Below are positions 25,828 to 29,228 of a stretch of DNA of 29,228 bases, one piece after another; position 1 is the first letter of the stretch; each line of letters opens with the position of its first letter. The DNA comes from a virus (Duplodnaviria > Caudoviricetes). A model generated the notes under the pieces. The model was not told where the DNA came from. It did not search any database and worked only from the letters and a program-made list of their open reading frames with translations. The stretch is from the IMG/VR virus record IMGVR_UViG_3300034109_000116, positions 1-29,228 of that record; one strand, given 5' to 3'. Both the position numbers and the translations under genes were made by a program.

Positions 25828-26121
25828 TTAAGTATTTAAGTCAGCTGAGTTTTCAGCAATTAAGTCAGTTGATGAACTAAAAGTTACAGTTCCATTTGAG
25901 CCAATGGTCATTCGACTAGTTGGAGTAGTAGTACCTGTTCCTATTGTACCATTTGCATAAACATATCCTGTAAGAGGAAGGCTTGATGTTTTAATATTTT
26001 CTTCTTTTTCTTCTTCCCCTTCTCTTAAAAGAAGGAGAGCCTCCTCTAATGTAAGAGAGCTCTCTTTAATTAATCTAGAAAGAATAGTTACTTTTTCAGC
26101 ATGAAGTTCTTTATCTAACAT
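25828..26121 (-). CDS. 97-aa hypothetical protein: SHOCT-like helical N-terminus plus a tail-fibre-like segment
   Basis: Fills the terminase-portal gap with 2-nt and 5-nt spacers; ILSRLIKESSLTLEEALLLL followed by NGTIGTGTTTPTSRMTIGSNGTVTFSSS. Confidence 0.7.
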   Translation of the reverse strand: MLDKELHAEKVTILSRLIKESSLTLEEALLLLREGEEEKEENIKTSSLPLTGYVYANGTIGTGTTTPTSRMTIGSNGTVTFSSSTDLIAENSADLNT

Positions 26122-26123
26122 AA

Positions 26124-28316
26124 TTATTTTATATTTCTAAAAGGATTTCTTGTTGCTTTTATACCAGAGGAACTACCTTTTGAACCTCCAATATGTCTAA
26201 AGGGGCTCAAGTTTAATTTACTAAATTTCTGGGAGTTATCCAAGTTTTCTTTTGTAACTTCCACACGTTTAGCCAAGCCTCTGTTACTCTGCTGCACTTT
26301 TGCAAAGGCTATAAGAGCACAAAATGCTACTAACCGGTCAACGTTTAGTCCTTCTCTATAAGCCTGCATTTCTTTAAGAAGCATAATGTCTGGTATACGT
26401 TCTACGCCATACACTGTTTTTACAATGTCTCCGTTTTCTTTAGTCTCGTAATCTAGTTCTTCTTTTAAGAATTCAATACCGTAAGATAGTACATTTCCTT
26501 TAAATAATGTACCAACGTTCTTCCAACCATACTCTTGAAAAACGTTTCTGTTTGCTCCAATATCTTTTAGGAACAAGATCATATCTTTTGGCACAAGGTA
26601 TCTTTGTTTCTTTTTACTAATCATGTATTGAATAAACAAAGCTACGTTATTTTCTACTATTGTCCAGGCATTATACCATTCTATAAGAAGCTCCAGTCTT
26701 TCATGAGTTTTGTTAAGATCATCAAAACGTCCACACCATGATGCTACAATCATGTCACGTTCTATTTCGTTTTTTACTTTTCCGTTCCCTTCATCCTTAA
26801 TAATCTCAACAGGGTTTTTATATACATATATAGAACATAGTGATTCAGACGTGGTGGTCTTTCCTTCTCCAACGGGGTCCACAGAAGCGTAGTACATCCC
26901 AAATGTAGGATCTTTGTGCGGTCTTTCGTAAACACAGATTACACCTTCTTTATCTTCTGTTTTTTTGGATATAGGAAAATCCATAATAGGTGTTTTCCTA
27001 GATGGCTTATCTATTATTTTGCCTTCTGCATTTCTAGAAAGCTCTAAATATTCTATAGGATACTGCCTATCTTGAATCCTTTGCATTTGTTTAGCCACCA
27101 AGTGTGGAGGAAATACACTTATCTTACGTGTAGCAAATGCTTCTTCAATACATCTTGGCTGCTGAGATACTGTTAACTGATAAGCTGCTGGATCAAGATC
27201 CTTTTTCATCTTATCAAATTCCTTCTCTAAAGCCTCTAAAGCTTCCTCCACTTTAGAGTTGCCGTATTTGTCAATATAAGGGGGCATAGACCACTGTTCA
27301 GGAATAAATAGTCCTGATATACCAGTTGTTCCATCCTTGTCTATAAGGTCAGTTTCTACCCCGTAGAAGCCATTCTCTTCTGGGTGTAGAATATACTCCT
27401 TCATTGGCTCACATTGATCAAGATCACCGACAGATCCGGCAGCAATAAATTGACCCGTAATCATGTGACCAGACTTAAGAGCTGGTTTCATGAATCCGTA
27501 TGTATCATCCATCTTTGGAGCAATACCAGCTTCCTCATGAAAGAAATAAGTTACAGGTCCACCGACACCATGGGTTGGATCTTTTTCAAAAGAATAGAGA
27601 TTAATCGTAGATTTAAGTCCTTTATAAGTATCACGACCACCAATCCTCACTTTAATTTGCTGCTGCCATGCCCCCACCTTGTCAGGTTCAGCTGGTCTAT
27701 ACCAAGCAGTGTGCTCATTTAAGAAGTTTTTATACTCATTAAGGAATTTCCATGAGCCCTTCTCGTTAATATAATCCTTTAGAGAAGCACCAATCTTTAA
27801 TACAGCTCCTTCTTCAAACCAATATTGGTTTATCAACTTAGCCATGTGGAAATAAGAAGAGGCTATTTGACGCTTTTTTAGAATGATGGCATGCTTGTAA
27901 TGCATCTCAGCTAGATGTTCGTACAACGCCATGTGATACTGTGCATCTCTTACCTTAGCAAAGTCAAATCTTTTTTCCTCTTTGTCATAAATTGGAAGAA
28001 AGTTTAACCACATGTAGTAGTCTCTACTTACATACCAAGAATAATCACCGTCTTTTACAATAATACCGTTACGACATTTTCTTTTCTGATCGTCCCAGTA
28101 TGCAATAAAATCTTTGGTTTTTACAGGAGCTGCACAATAAAACCCCTGTTTCTGAAACTTTCTACCCTCTTCGTTAAAAATTTTACTAGTCTCATTAAAC
28201 TCGTATTTTCCAGGCTCCTTAAAAATAGACAAGAGGTAATCCTTAAATTCTTCTCTAGTATCAAATGTTGTTACACTCCAACTACCATTTTCGTATGTAG
28301 GTATTTCTTTAAACAT
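26124..28316 (-). CDS. terL: Terminase large subunit
   Basis: 730 aa; ATPase region ILKKRQIASSY (deviant Walker A) and YFFHEEAG (Walker B); RNase H-like nuclease motifs YYASVDPV, IVENN and NVDRL; upstream of portal. Confidence 0.88.
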   Translation of the reverse strand: MFKEIPTYENGSWSVTTFDTREEFKDYLLSIFKEPGKYEFNETSKIFNEEGRKFQKQGFYCAAPVKTKDFIAYWDDQKRKCRNGIIVKDGDYSWYVSRDYYMWLNFLPIYDKEEKRFDFAKVRDAQYHMALYEHLAEMHYKHAIILKKRQIASSYFHMAKLINQYWFEEGAVLKIGASLKDYINEKGSWKFLNEYKNFLNEHTAWYRPAEPDKVGAWQQQIKVRIGGRDTYKGLKSTINLYSFEKDPTHGVGGPVTYFFHEEAGIAPKMDDTYGFMKPALKSGHMITGQFIAAGSVGDLDQCEPMKEYILHPEENGFYGVETDLIDKDGTTGISGLFIPEQWSMPPYIDKYGNSKVEEALEALEKEFDKMKKDLDPAAYQLTVSQQPRCIEEAFATRKISVFPPHLVAKQMQRIQDRQYPIEYLELSRNAEGKIIDKPSRKTPIMDFPISKKTEDKEGVICVYERPHKDPTFGMYYASVDPVGEGKTTTSESLCSIYVYKNPVEIIKDEGNGKVKNEIERDMIVASWCGRFDDLNKTHERLELLIEWYNAWTIVENNVALFIQYMISKKKQRYLVPKDMILFLKDIGANRNVFQEYGWKNVGTLFKGNVLSYGIEFLKEELDYETKENGDIVKTVYGVERIPDIMLLKEMQAYREGLNVDRLVAFCALIAFAKVQQSNRGLAKRVEVTKENLDNSQKFSKLNLSPFRHIGGSKGSSSGIKATRNPFRNIK

Positions 28317-28345
28317 TATTTTTCCATTAGTATTAGGAACATTTG

Positions 28346-28455
28346 CTGTAGAGGATGGAGTCGAACCACCAAGTGGACTTTAGGGATAATTCCTTTATCA
28401 GTTGTTCCACACCCACGAGACAGGTGGGTACGTCTGCCAATTTCGTCACTCTACA
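28346..28455 (-). tRNA. Atypical tRNA-Asp(GUC)-like gene with 41-nt variable region
   Basis: Minus strand folds as acceptor TGTAGAG/CTCTACA plus G73; D-arm ACG-AAATTGGCAGA-CGT; anticodon arm CCCAC-CTGTCTC-GTGGG (GTC at 28421-28419); T-arm GGTGG-TTCGACT-CCATC; no encoded CCA. Confidence 0.85.
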
Positions 28456-28464
28456 TGGTACTAT

Positions 28465-29115
28465 TTAACAATTATACTCGTATTCTAGTATTTTACCTAC
28501 AATATCACTACGATGGTTTTCTTTAAGCTTTACCCATTTAATTTCTTCAATCTTTTTAGATAGCTCTATTGCATAACTTAAACCCGTTACCCCATACTTA
28601 GTGTCTTGTTGTTCATTATCACCATTGATAATAATCTTTCCAGTTTTACCTAGACGTGTCAAAATAGCTAGCATTTCTGTTTTAGAAAGGTTTTGGGCTT
28701 CTTCTACAACAAGAATATCATCAATTGTCTTGCCACGAATAAATTGTACGGGATAGGCAATAATCTTATGTTCTTTTACTAGGTTCTCCACCCTAACTTT
28801 TTCAGTGCACTTTACTAAGTTTTCCTGAAATGCTTCTAGATAGGGATTAAACTTATCATCTAGTGTACCTGGAAGAAAGCCTAGTGAAGACCCCACCTCG
28901 ATAGTAGCACGTGTTACAAAGATTTGATCACACTGTTTTTTGTTTAGGAAATCTAATGCTGTTAGTGCACATACTAAACTTTTACCACTACCTGCTCTTC
29001 CTGTAATTATAACTATCTGATTATCAATGATTAAACGCTTTGCTTCTTTTTGCTCATCATTAAGCGTAACATTGTATTTAATTTCTGACTTACGTTCTCT
29101 GTTTGGTTCTCTCAT
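28465..29115 (-). CDS. phoH: PhoH-family ATPase
   Basis: 216 aa; GRAGSGKS P-loop, LGFLPG.LDDK..PY, FIRGKT, EEAQN, LTRLG, GD..Q.D and HRS motifs. Confidence 0.93.
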   Translation of the reverse strand: MREPNRERKSEIKYNVTLNDEQKEAKRLIIDNQIVIITGRAGSGKSLVCALTALDFLNKKQCDQIFVTRATIEVGSSLGFLPGTLDDKFNPYLEAFQENLVKCTEKVRVENLVKEHKIIAYPVQFIRGKTIDDILVVEEAQNLSKTEMLAILTRLGKTGKIIINGDNEQQDTKYGVTGLSYAIELSKKIEEIKWVKLKENHRSDIVGKILEYEYNC

Positions 29116-29119
29116 AATA

Positions 29120-29227
29120 TTATTGATCGTATGCTAAATTCTGTCCTCCTCTAACTTGTGATTGTTGTTCTTCCATCAAGTCTCTATACACTCCTTTAAA
29201 ACTTTGTCTAACAGAGTCAAATCTTTC
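29120..29227 (-). CDS. 3' end of an upstream gene (partial; terminase small subunit candidate by position only)
   Basis: Open frame from the window edge: ERFDSVRQSFKGVYRDLMEEQQSQVRGGQNLAYDQ-stop (TAA at 29122-29120), 4 nt before the phoH start. Confidence 0.65.
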   Translation of the reverse strand, partial: ERFDSVRQSFKGVYRDLMEEQQSQVRGGQNLAYDQ

Positions 29228-29228
29228 A

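Noticed and set aside
1582-27722. All plus-strand ORFs in the track (e.g. 13675-14091, 21016-21366, 23306-23689) and the nested minus-strand ORF 10108-10308
   Set aside because: They lie within or largely overlap long, well-supported minus-strand genes and have no recognisable motifs; shadows of codon bias.
20032-28316. Introns or inteins in capsid, portal or terminase genes
   Set aside because: The ORFs are continuous, of plausible length, with no intein splice motifs or homing endonuclease seen.
28317-28345. Theta ribozyme downstream of the tRNA
   Set aside because: Only 29 AT-rich nt precede the terL start, too short for an HDV-like fold.
1-29228. CRISPR array
   Set aside because: No regularly spaced identical repeats with unique spacers; repeats here are coding and degenerate.

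Overview
AT-rich phage DNA with every credible gene on the minus strand. It is the virion morphogenesis module of a Crassvirales-like (crAss-like) phage, probably environmental and infecting Bacteroidota; this assignment rests on gene order and motifs recognised by eye, not on a search. In transcription order (right to left): a partial conserved gene, phoH, an aberrant 110-nt tRNA-Asp(GUC)-like gene, terminase large subunit, a 97-aa ORF, portal, acidic scaffold-like protein, major capsid protein, a ~160-nt structured GC-rich intergenic element, a conserved virion protein, a ring/adaptor-like protein, a Dps/ferritin-like protein, an auxiliary capsid-like protein, a terminator and candidate promoter, small Cys-rich and beta-sandwich tail proteins, then ~14 kb of mosaic tail-fibre genes (two end in S74 chaperone domains). 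Best leads: (1) the tRNA-Asp-like RNA with a class II D-arm, U37 and a 41-nt variable arm; (2) the structured RNA after the capsid gene, with a tRNA-shaped core, palindromic loops and an alternative fold; (3) an apparent branched multi-fibre adsorption apparatus whose module junctions share a DNA-level motif that recurs in the orphan ORF between terminase and portal. No evidence of stop-codon recoding, CRISPR, DGR, introns or inteins.
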